Origin: Azolla caroliniana
Taxonomy: Eukaryota; Plantae; Polypodiophyta
Direction of reading: 5' to 3'
Assembly (NCBI GenBank): GCA_043228905.1
Contig: JBHGNT010000014.1
Coordinates: 62,001-126,000 of the forward strand
Length of the DNA stretch: 64,000 bases
Each line of letters begins with the position of its first letter. Within the stretch, counting starts at the first letter, position 1. The translations under genes and the position numbers were made by a program. Positions 51,501-63,500 of the stretch are shown piece after piece. The notes under the pieces were generated by a model, which was not told the DNA's origin, ran no database searches, and worked only from the letters and a program-made list of their open reading frames with translations.

Positions 51501-53329
51501 AAGTAAAGCCAATTGCTATATGTTGTTGGTCCATGTGAACCATTGGTTGATGGTTTAAGTGACCTAATCGATAGTGCCATAGTAAGGTCACATAATTTGA
51601 TGTGTTTGAATCATCTATGTGGTGTGCTTCTTCAGCAGGTACCACAGAGCGGCCTAAAAGGTAAAGACATCCTTGTCTTGGACAATTAACGACATAGCCT
51701 CGTCCAGACGGTGTCTTATGACGAATGATACAATATTTGTGATAAAACTCAACGGATGTATTATCATTTGTGAGTTTATTGACAGATATCAAGTTTTTTG
51801 CTATGTTAGGTATATAATAAACTTCATTGATTTCAATGAAGTTCCCATTAGAAAGTTCAAGATGGGCAGTCCCATGTCCAAGGGCATATTCAACCCCATT
51901 GTTCCCAAATCTTATCGGGAAAGGATGTTCTTAAGGCCTTATAGTCTTTGAACCACTCAACTCTTGAGGTGAGGTGACATGTGGCACATGTATCAAGAAT
52001 CCACATTGAAGTGGGAGAATTGTTGAATGATGTGAGGACCATGAAGGCAATGAAAGAATCTTCATTATCCTCATCAAAATTTTGGTCATTATGACATATG
52101 TCATTATTTTGATCGTAGTCATCATGTGATACATTGTAAGGTTGGTCTTCTTTATATGTTCTTTTTCCGTTGTTAGAATTCCTATAACAATCTTTCGTTT
52201 CATGTCCACTCCTTTGACAATTTTTGCAAAAGGATCTAAGGAACCTAGATTTGTTATGATTCCTCGATACATTAAATTTAGAGGTCTGTGAATAAAATTT
52301 GGAGTTATTAGGTTGGTATGTTGATCTAGGTTTATTGTAAGGTTTTTTATTATAATTTGGATGTTTGATATAAAGTGCGGTGTGAGATGAGGAGGGTTGA
52401 TTTATTGCCCTACGAAGTATGTTTTCTTGTGAGATTGATGCCACTAATGTTGGCTGATGTGGACTTTGTGCTTATAAATGGCTGCCATGATGGGGGTAGG
52501 GCGGCTAATAAGAGGGCGGATTGAACAAAACTTGGCAAACTAAGTCCTAAAACGATCACATCATCAAGTCAAAGTCTCCAATTTTTAACAAAGTCTTCTA
52601 CATCATCATTTTCATTTATATTCATATTTATTAAGGTTTTTAAACTTGCAACTTGGGACATAACGTTCGTATGGAGGTAATCAACCTCTAATCTATCCCA
52701 TATTTGTTTGGAGGTAGTCAAGGTTCTCACACTTTGCTTAAGTGTGTCCTCCATATGAAGGAGAAGTTCTAAGCGAGCGTTTAAATCACGCCGCTTCCAT
52801 GTTTGCACGTCAAGTGCATTTGTGGGGACATTAATGTCGGGGCACACGTCGGTTCCATCGACGATATTTAACAAGTCATGTTGTTCTAATATAATTTCCA
52901 TGGTCATACGCCATGGTTGATAGTTTTTATCATTCAATTTTTCAATGTGGTAAGTGTGAGACGATACCTAGGCGGCATTTGCCGCCACATTCGCTATCAC
53001 TCCACCATTTGACATGGTCGAAAATCGTTTCTTTAATTCACACATTCATTATTAACACTACGACACAATTCTTGGTGGGGTTGGACTCCTTACCGCTCTG
53101 ATACCATATGGTAAACAAGAAATAGAAAGAGAGAGAGAAAAAGAAGAAACTTTTGGTTTAAATGACTGTGTTTGTCTCTCTCTCTCTACAACCAACCGAC
53201 GAGAGAGAGAGAGAGAGAGAAGGTGGCAGTTATTGGTGCACCCTATTTTTGGGGTGCACCTTTTCATATCATTAGTTTTTTCGCTTTTATTATTTATTTT
53301 TATTCTAAACTAATTAGTTTATTACAACA
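48522..53329 (-). mobile_element. Degenerate full-length copia element (copia-4)
   Basis: LTRs 53107-53329 and 48522-48751, PBS abutting at 53106, PPT 48752-48758, TSD ATAAC (48517-48521, 53330-53334). Fragmented gag, protease (WILDTCAT), integrase, RT (YVDD) and RNase H (ADFLTK). Confidence 0.93.
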
Positions 53330-53375
53330 ATAACATATTCGAGGGATCTCTTGAGCACATACTTTGCCTACAATA

Positions 53376-54432
53376 TAGTAGACATTGAGTTAAGTGCACA
53401 CTTTGACCGGAAGGGAAAGGTGCATACTTAACCGAGCTGTGCATTTAGGGCTTTTTTAGTAAAAAAAACCCAATTTTTTCTTTTATTTTCTAATTCTGAG
53501 AAAGGCCAACCCCAACAACCATCGTTGAGGCCCTCCTTGTTGTAATTGCTCCCACACTGCTACAATCCACGTCTCTCACCACGTTTCTTTTCTATGTCTA
53601 TTTTTTAGTCTCTATGGTATAAATGAATACAAGAGAAAGAAAAGACCGGGGGGGGGGGGGGGGGGTCTTGTGCATAATTTAGATGGCATGATTCTCTTCA
53701 TAGTTTAGATAGTAATTGTTTTGGAGATTGTGCGTGATGTTGTTAGTTTGATATATGACATGCGGTTTAGGAGAAATGATCCGCATACTTGGCTGAGATA
53801 GTGCAACAAAAATATCTAAAAGTAGGGATTTAAATCCAAATACTTGTGTTAATAGATCAATTGCTATTAATCAATTAATAGGTTTCCCTTCATGTGAGTC
53901 CACATAACGAGCTATTAATCGATTAATTGTTTTTCCTTTATGTGAGTTCACATAATGAGCTATCGGTTAATAACTTTCCCTTCATGTAAGTCCACATAAT
54001 AAGCTATTAATCGATTAATCTGTTAATAGTTTTTCCTTTATGTGAGTTTACATAATGAGCTATTAATCGATTAATAGCTTTCCTTTCATGTGAGTCCACA
54101 TAATGAGCTATTAATCGATTAATAGTTTTTCTTTATGTGAGTCCACATAATGCGTGATTATGTTATTAATCGATTATCCGATTAACCGATTAATCGCTTT
54201 CACTTCATAGACCCACACGCAACCTATGTAATCGTAGGAATGGAATATCTAAGTTTTATTGAATGTTGATCATATTTTTGTTGTTTTTTGAATGTCTGGA
54301 ACATAGTTTCAATTTGATTTTATGTAATTTCATCATAAGAAATTTTTATGATCTGGATTTCGACCTCTAGAAAAAGCACACTTAATATAGTAGTGCACTT
54401 AAGCGGACACACACTTAACCGAATGGTTACTG
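53376..54432. mobile_element. Non-autonomous Tc1/mariner (pogo-like) MITE
   Basis: Imperfect TIRs TAGTAGACATTGAGTTAAGTG / CACTTAACCGAATGGTTACTG (CAGTA-type end) flanked by TA on both sides; no ORF. Confidence 0.65.
53860..54200. repeat. Minisatellite of about 50-60 bp units with palindromic CTATTAATCGATTAATAG
   Basis: About six units of TGTGAGTCCACATAATGAGCTATTAATCGATTAATAGTTTTCCCTTYA. Confidence 0.9.
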
Positions 54433-54439
54433 TAGTCGT

Positions 54440-54800
54440 CGTCCTTCATTGAAACAGCTTTCCTGGCCTTCAGTCATGGCTCTAGAGTCACCACAAGCTT
54501 TCACGCAGCATACAAATGTAACAGCGTTAGGAGACACATCTGTCTCAAACACCCAAGGGCTTCTTTTGCTTGCATATGCTCAACATAACCTGCAATGAGT
54601 GATATCCATGCAACAACATTGGGAGCCCAAATCTTTGTAAACACTTCATGCGCCCTAGTAAGCAAGCCAGACTTGGCATACATATCAATCAAGGTGCTAC
54701 TAATGAAAAGGTTGGTTTCCAGAAGCCCAATTCGGGCAACCTCTTCATGTATTTCAACACCTCTTTTAGCATCCTTCAGAGCAGCGACGAGAGCATAGCC
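54440..54800 (-). pseudogene. PLS-class pentatricopeptide repeat gene fragment
   Basis: SSTLIDMYAKSGLLTRAHEVF..PNVVAWISLIAGYVEH..EAL, then a frameshift to SPNAVTFVCCVKACG; only 2-3 repeats remain. Confidence 0.85.
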
Positions 54801-55889
54801 ACGGCGAGACATATTGAGCTTGACATCAACGTTGTGGAAACATCATGTATGCATCCTAAATGGATGCCATGAGATATTCCTGCTTGGCAGTAATAGTGCA
54901 AAAAAAAACGGAAAAAAGTGTGCTTTTGTGTGGGAACAACTGATCCAATAGGATAACGAAGACTTTTTTTGTACAAAAAACATCAAATTAAAGTAAGAAA
55001 AGAAGAACGATCTTCTTGTAATATACATATCAGGTGTATAAAGTCCTCAAGCTAGATACAATGCATCACATAAATTCATTATCCATAGTACATTAAAGAA
55101 AATAGTGCCCTTACTGAGCACATATACAGAAAGGAACGCACCCACAAACTCCACTGGAAAGACATTGCATCTAGTAGCTATAGTAACATTGGGATCAGGA
55201 GCTGCTACAACAGCATTTGGAACGATGTGTTTGGTCTTATCAAACCACCACAGGCTAGTCCGATTCAAAACCTACAGAGAAAATTGATTTTTTACTATGA
55301 AAGAAATAAAAATTCCAATTGTACGAACAGAAGTTGGAATGTTTTTGAAACACGGAAATGGGGCCTCAATATAAGGAAATAAAGACCATAAAACTGGGGA
55401 CAAGGAAACACATAGCAACCTCCGAATCATTTGTCTATTAAAGTATTGTGCATTAAATACTTGCATACCTTCAATTATTAGCGCATTGAAGCATGTGTAT
55501 CGTGGAAATGACAACTCGACATGAGGACATATAGGTTATAAAACGGGGTACAAGAAAATAGATTGCAACCTCCATATCATTTGTACATTTCAGCATTGTG
55601 TATTTGACATTCACTCCAACGATTAGTGCATTGAAACATGTATATATTTTATTTATGCACGCATTCTTCCGTCCCCTCAAAATACATACCCAATTGGCAC
55701 ACACACAGACAATTTGATTTTGAGAAGCCAAATTCATTTTCTTACATCAATCAATGTTGCCCAGTTCTTGGCAATTGAACTTTTTAACGAGTCTAAAAAA
55801 ATGCATACTTGTCCTTTGAAAGGAACAGCTGCTAATACTCTATCAAATGCACTCAATCAGACTCAACTTAGGGGATAGACAAGCTGAGG

Positions 55890-58033
55890 AGACAAAGGTA
55901 CACCAAAACGGCTAAGGAGGCATGGGATACATTGATGAAGTTGAATGAATCAACCACGATGGCTAACGTCCTTCGACTCAAAAGAGAATTTTTAACAACG
56001 AAAATGAAGCCGGGTGATAAAGTTCGTGAACATGCTCAAAAACTTAGAAATATTGCATCTCAGCTTTAAGTGATTGGCCATACGCTTCCCAAAGATGAGG
56101 TAGCATACATTTTACTTAACAGTTTGCCTAGTTCATATGGGCATCTTGTGGTTTCAATGCATGATTCAGATGCAGTTCAAGACCTAGACAAACTAATGGC
56201 AATATTAGAACAAGAGGAGCAACGACAAAGTTTACAAAGGGAAGAGTCTTCTATTAATGAACATGCTCTCCTAACCCCTTCAGGTAAGAGACATGATTAT
56301 GTTAAGAATTGGCATGATAAATTTCAGAAAACTTCACAAAAGGGATGGGAAGGAAATGTTAGTGCTTTTCGACCAACGGATCCATCTCAAGTGGTATGTC
56401 ATTACTGCCAAGAAAAGGGACATATTGCACGTGGGTGTGCTAAGAAGGTAGCAAATAATTACAGAAGGAGGAGGGAAAACAAAGGCACGGAAGGTGTAGC
56501 GCTCACGGCATCACTACATGACATTGAAGATGATGAAGCAATCACAAATACAAATCTACTAACTTGGTGTGTAGATTCTGCTGCATCAGCTCATATGTGT
56601 AAAAACAAAGAATGTTTCACAAAATATCATGTTTTCAATAATCCACGCCCAATATTTTTGGGAAATGGTGCACACATAATGGCCATTACAATAGGAAATG
56701 TGAAGATTAGAGACGGAATCATTCATAATCTATTGCATGTTCCTCTCATAAAGAAGAATCTATTGTCTGTTCATGCACTAGATGTAGCTGGTATAAAGGT
56801 TGTTTTTTCAAAAGGATTGTGTGAATTATGGAGAGGAAACATGCTTCTTTTTGAAGCAAAAAAGAAGCATGGATTATATAGATTAGATGTAAACATTCAT
56901 CGTCATTCAGCAAATATTGCTGCTGAAGATTTTGGGAAGAAAGCCTTACAATGGCATAAAAGATTCGGGCATGTCAATTTTGACAAACTTAGGAAAGTAA
57001 GGGACATCAATATCTCAAACAAAGAAATTCTCCAAGTAAGTCAACAATACTTATGTGAGAGTTGTCAGCTAGGCAAGTTTACTCGACAACTATTTAATAC
57101 AAAAAGGGGAATTTTAGCTAGTAGGCCTCTTGAATTAGTCCATATGGATCTTTGTGGACCAATGCATGTGCCATCAATAGGAGGCGCAAGATACTTATAT
57201 GTTGTCACAGATGATTGTACACGAAAAACTTTTGCATATCCTCTTTCATGCAAAGATGACACTTTTGAGTATTTCCGAAAATTCAAGGCACTCACAGAAT
57301 CTGAACTTGGGCTCTCGATAATCAAAGTAAGATCAGACAGAGGTGGAGAGTTCAAGTCACATATTTTTGGCTCTTTTTGTTCTAATCATGGTATTACACA
57401 AGAATTTACCCCTAGCTACACTCCTCAATTGAATGGTGTGGCTGAAAGAAAAAATAGGACTATCATGGGTATGGTAAGATGTATGTTGATAGATAGCAAA
57501 TTATCATTAGAATTTTGGGGAGAAGCATCCAAATGTGCAACATATATACTAAATCGACTCCCAACAAAGCCTATACGTGGAGGATGCCCGGAGGAAATCT
57601 GGCAACAGAAAAGGGTTAGTATAACTCATCTTCGTCCTTTTGGTTGCAAGGCATACTTCCATGTACCTCGTCCACTTCGTCATAAGTTGGATCCAACTGC
57701 CAAGCAAGGAATTATGATCGGATACGAGGATCCAGGCTATGGGTATAGAGTTTGGAATGAAGAGCAAAAACGAGTGTTTGTCACTCGCAACGTGTTGTTC
57801 GATGAAGATCATTTCCCTTGCAAAATGCAAGAAGAAGATAAAGCAAAGTGGGAAGAGGCAATACATTTTGAGCTTGAAGCGCATCATCAAAAGAACGGTA
57901 CATGGGAACTTATGAAAGGAAGTGAAAGGCAACAAACCATAGGTTCCAAATGGGTGTTCAAAATCAAGAGAGGATCAAATGGGACTCCTATCAAATACAA
58001 GGCTAGATTAGTAGCTCAAGGCTTCAAACAAAT
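55890..58033 (+). mobile_element. Truncated copia gag-pol (copia-5), interrupted by copia-6
   Basis: CHYCQEKGHIARGC, CVDSAAS, WHKRFGH, RSDRGGE and early [14 protein letters not shown]; stop at 56069 in gag; no 5' LTR seen. Confidence 0.9.
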
Positions 58034-58166
58034 CGTTGGCATTGCCCTATCGTGGGCTAAACCCTTTTGTCGATGTAGCCTTTCCCAGTATACCCCTCTG
58101 TTGGTGTGATGTGTCTAATCATTAACTGTAAACGTAAGTGTTTGCGAAAGCGTAAAACAGAGAACA

Positions 58167-58210
<44 letters not shown>

Positions 58211-60588
58211 ACACAATTTCAAAATTATATAAAGACTCTGTATACACACTGTGCTAAGTAGCACTATTTATACAAGTCCTCTTGGGACTGACAGAAGTAC
58301 CATGTACTTCAATGCTCACACGAGCATCTGACACTTACTACGAGACTATAGCTACCTAGTAGTCTATCCTATACTAGGCTTCCGATTGGACTTCCGGTTA
58401 CGGATTGCACTCGACCTCCACTGCTTGCCGGTTCGATTGCTCACCGTCATACCGATCCGTCTCGCTTACCGGCTTCGGCTTATTCAGCCGATCCGGCTCC
58501 GGTTTGAGCTTGCCGCTCAACACTCCCCCTCAAGCTCAACCTGAGGTGGGGTCGTAGTGTCGACCTCTGTGGCAGTCGGTTCTTCCAACCGACTTCTCCT
58601 GGCGTCACTCCGCCTTGCTCGTGCTCCTCGTCCGGTTCGGTCCCGTTTGCCGCGACCCCTTTGGTTCTGCGCGCCTCGACCCTCTCGGTCGGCATGTCTG
58701 CTCAATAGGCCCATCTCAACACTCACGTTGTTGTGACTCCGGCGCTTGCCGATCCGTCGGTTCTCCCACGATGGCATCGACTTCCGCTGTGTCCGTGTCC
58801 CCTTGGCCTTCAGTCGATCCGACTCATCCGGATCCATCTGTTGATCCGAGTCAGCTGTCTCCGACTCGTTCCAGCTCTTGTCCGAATCGGTACACTCTAA
58901 TTCGACTTCCGGCTTCAGGCCTCTCACCACATCGGACCACTTCCGAGTCTTGGCCTTCTCCATGCTTCCCTCGGCTTCTTCAGCCGGTGAACCGAAATCC
59001 AATTCTTCATTCGACTCCGCATCATGGTTAGTACCGTCGTGATGACCTCCGCACAACATGCACTTCTCTTCCTGAGTGCACAACTCTTCTTCACAGCCGC
59101 TTGCTCCGACCTGTTCGGATGTGTCGACTTCCTTCGTCGACTCGGCTTCCTTCATCTTCTTGTCTCCTCTTCTTCCGGCTCTCCTCTTACCGACGGGTTC
59201 AACAGTTTTTTTGCCTTTGCCCGTTTCGGTAGAGACCTTGCCCTTGCCCTTGCTTCTCCCCCTCAAGTGCGGCACGTCGAGATGCTGAATACCAAGCATG
59301 TCGGTAAAGTGCTGCAACTTGTCCGATCCGAGCGGCTTGGTGAAGATGTCGGCAACTTGCCGATCCGTATGAGCATACCGTAGGTCAACTTCACCGCTCA
59401 GGACCCGCTCACGCACGAAGTGGTAGTGCACCTCGATGTGCTTTGTGCGAGCATGGAACACAGGGTTCCTGGCGAGCTGCAAGCTGCTCATGTTATCGCA
59501 GTAAATCGGGATCGGGGTCGATACCTCGATCCGCAAGTCTCGCAGCAGTCGCCGAAACCAGATGGCTTCACAAGTGGCAACGGTAGCGGCCCGGTACTCA
59601 ACCTCAGTGCTTGACAAAGCCACTGTGGGCTGCTTCTTGCTGCTCCACGCAACGGCCGCGCTACCTATGGAGAACATGTATCTGGAAGTTGAGCGGCGAT
59701 CAGACGCATCGCCGGCCCAGTCAGCATCTGTGTAACCGACAAGCTCTTCGGGTATCCCTCGCCGATATAGCAGTCCCCGGTCCTTAGTACCGCTGACATA
59801 CCGTAATATGTGTTGCGCGCACTGAAGGTGCTCCACGGTCGGCTTATGCATGAATTGACTTACCATGCCGACCGGATAGCTGATGTCGGGTCAGGTGATG
59901 GTTAAGTAGACCAGGCTTTCGACAACCTGTCATAACCGTTTCTCATTGCAGGTCGATCCGGAGTTGGGACGGAGCTTCTGGTTCCGGTCCAGGGGTGTGG
60001 AGACAGGTCGGCAATCCGTCATGCCGAACTTATACAGCATATTCAACACGTAATGTCGTTGTGAGAGCAATACGCCGTCGGGGGTCCGGATCACTTCGAT
60101 CCCAAGAAAATAATGAAGGTCCCCCAGGTCCTTCATTTCGAATGCGTCCGACAACTGGAACTTGACGCGGGTGATTTCGGGAAGACTCGGTCCGGTGATG
60201 ACTAAATCATCCACATACAAGAGTATACATACCAAACCGTCAGAGCCTTGCCGGATGAACAATGAAGAGTCCGACTTAGAGACAGCAAACCCCAGCTTAC
60301 GCAACCGGTGCGTGATCTTCGCGTTCCAAGCTCGGGGGGCTTGCTTCAAATCGTAAAGCGACTTCTTCAATCGGCATACCGCCGACTTGTTCATCTCCGA
60401 TTGAAATCCGGGGGGCTGAGTCATAAAGACTTCTTCTGCAAGCTCTCCTTGAAGGAAGGCGTTCTTCACATCCATCTGGTGAAGATGCCACCCCCTTTCC
60501 GCAGCAACCGCCAGTACCACACGAACCGTCGTCGTCTTCGCCACAGGAGCGAAGGTCTCGTCGTAGTCGATTCCGTGGGTCTGCGCGT
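58034..60588 (-). mobile_element. 3' half of a GC-rich copia element (copia-6), interrupted by a gypsy element
   Basis: 3' LTR 58034-58522, PPT 58523-58534, RT (QMDVKNAF, YVDD) 59930-60588, RNase H (TDADWAGD, ADIFTK) plus a long C-terminal extension 58517-59866. Confidence 0.92.
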
Positions 60589-63500
60589 TGTCGAGATATT
60601 ACGCAAGTGCGTGTGGAATAGAGGCGGGACCGCGGGGGTCTCGAACCAAAGAGCAAGCGAGGGAGGAGAAAGAGAGAGAACCGGCTACGCAGGACCGGGG
60701 ATACGCAGGGACACGGCCCTTCAGCACGGAGAACGCGAACAGACACCGACACAGACGGATGCGAATGACTAAATATGTGTATTAACAAAATGGCTAACAC
60801 GACTACAACCCCCGATGGGGCACAGGTTGGTTGCAACCGAACAGGCCGGCGAACAGATGCCGATGCCTGTTCGCTTCGACGCTCAAACGGGGAAATGGGG
60901 GGGGGTAGCAGGTCGGAGGTGCTGCCGGAAGCACTCGGGCGTTCCTCGAAACAGCGCGAGCCTCCCCGGAACCCTGCACAGAAAGCTTTGGAGCTCCAGA
61001 AGGAAGGAAACAGAGGGAGCGAAGCGTCCAGAAACGGTCCGACAGCACTTCGTCCTCTCCGCGCCAGATCCCTGCAACAGCTCTTTCCCGCTCCTTATAT
61101 AGGCCGACGAACAGGCCGTCGTGTCAGCTTTATTCCCTGTCCCTTTTGGACAGGGATCCGCTCCGTTTTTCACGGATCCGCGTAGTTACGCCGCCGACTC
61201 GTACAGTTCGCGCGCGCGACCGAAAAGACTGTTCGCGCGGTCTTTGTCTCCACTTGAGTTAGGGCCCGTTCCTGCCGATTATCCTCTCAATTCGTTTCTA
61301 TGTACAACTCGGAGCGTGCGCGCGTGAAGAACCGGTTCCCACGCCTTGGTGCGCCGATTCCGCCTATAGACGGTTTTCTTCACGACATCCGCCCCCACCT
61401 AACCGCGCATCCTCCGGTATGCGCCAAGAGAGTTGGGACGGAGAAAACCGGCCCGTCTTCATTCCTCGCCCGTCGGTTCTTCTTCATTTTCGGATCGTTC
61501 GTCATTGCCGACCAGGAGAGCCGGGTCTGGCTCGTCGTCGTGTCGCTTCTTGAACGCTTTGATCCGCTTCCCTGCAACCGGTATCGCCATTCTCGTGCCG
61601 TCAAGTTCTGCCAGGTGATATGTCCCGTTGTCATTGGCACTCCGTACCACGTAAGGCCCGAACCACCTTCGTGCGAACTTCCGTGTGGCTCGGTGCTGGT
61701 TGTCGAGGCTGCTGTCGTAGACGAGCACCCAGTCACCTTCTTCGATTTTCTTCGGTCGTAGCCGGTGCGTTCGGTCGAACCGGGCTTTGTTCTTTGTCCT
61801 CGCCACCCGGAGCTTCTCCGTAGCCAGTGCCACGTCCTCCGGCCTCCGCTCGAGCTGTCGTATACGTGCGACCAACAACTCCTCCCGGCTCATCTCGTCC
61901 CTCCAGTCGACCGTTGCCCACGAGGAGATCGTCCGTTCAATCGGCATGATCGGCTTCTGGCCGAACATGAGCTCCGTCGGCATGTACCCGGTTACCGAAC
62001 TGTGCGTGGTCCGGTCTGCCCACAAAGCATAAGGTAGCAGCCGCGGCCAGTTACCGACTTGACCTCCGCATGCCCGAATCAACGCCTTGACGATCGGTCC
62101 GTGTCCGCGCTCCACCTTTCCATTCGCCTCCGGATTGTACGCAGTGGTGAGCGAGAGCTTGACTCCAAGCCGGTCGAACAGCTCCGCGGCCTCTTCGGCG
62201 TCCAACTCCCCTCGGTCAGCCACGATCTTCCCGACGCACCCGTACCGGCATATCACGTCCTCGACTAGGAACCGACACACGGCCGCGGTCGTCTTGTTCT
62301 GAAGGGCTCGGCCTTCCACCTGGTTCGTCAGGTCTTCCCGCGCTAGGACCAGATACCGCATCTGTCCTACCCCCATCGGCATCGTCACCAGATCTACCAT
62401 CCATTTGAAGTGGATAGTCGGAGGGTACGTAGGGTGAAGCCCGTCCCGGTGTCGGACTATCGAGTGCATCTGACAACTCTCGCAAGTTGACACGAACCGA
62501 TGCACGTCCCGGTACAATCCCGGCCACCAGTACTTTCCCTTCAGCTTCTCAAACGTCGCCCACGTTCCACGGTGTCCAGCCCAAGGGCTGTCGTGGTAGG
62601 CCGCCAGTAGCTCCTCCTGTTCTTCCTTCATCGCCACCACTCGGAGCGGGACGCCGTCCCTCTTCTTCGGGTGCTTCCATAGATGCCCATCTCGGAGAAA
62701 GAATCGATATGCTTTCTTCCGGATCCGGTTGGCCTCGTCCTTCGTCCATGACGCATCGGGCGTCATCGTCTTCAAAAACCCGCCGATCTGCAGCCATTCC
62801 CCGTCGTACTTGCTCGCGTCGAACTCGTTAAGCGCCGGAGTGCTCATCCCGTCGGTCGTTATGTATGCCGCCTCGAAGAAATCCACGCCGACTTCTTCGT
62901 CTTCCGAAACCATGCCGCCCTCGTCGTCGAACCTCGCCCTCGAAAGCATGTCGGCCATGGCGTTGTCTTTCCCGGAAATGTGTCGTATTTCCGGGTCCAG
63001 GGACTTGATGTACGCTATCCACCTGAGCATCGCCAGGTCCGGAGTCGCGCATCCGGAAACCATACCGAGAATCGGCAGGCAATCCGTCTCGATGATCACT
63101 TCCGTCCCTATCAGGTAGTCTTTGTCGGCCTTAACCGCCGAAACAATACCCCAGAGTTCGCGTTTAACCTGGGCGTACCCTCGCTGCCGTTCACTGAGGA
63201 CTTTCGCGCCAAATCGGATCGGAAACCGATTGCCGTCCTCGTCTTCCTGGTTCACGACCCATCCGATCCCGGTCGGACTGGTATCCACCGTTATGAATAC
63301 CGGGGTACCCTTCCCGTAAACCGCCTTCCGGAGTGCCGGTGCCGCTGCAAGGGCCTCTTTCAGCTTCCGGACCGATTCCGCGTGCTTGTCTAGCCATTCG
63401 AACCTTCGCCCCTTTTTCAGCAACCCGTACAGTGGCTCCGCGACGTGTGCGTAATGCGGGATCCATATGTGGTAGAACGCGCATGCCCCCAGGAATCTCC

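Noticed and set aside
53821-54230. Possible nested hAT element (TAGGG...CCTA) around the minisatellite
   Set aside because: No 8-bp TSD and a poor TIR match.
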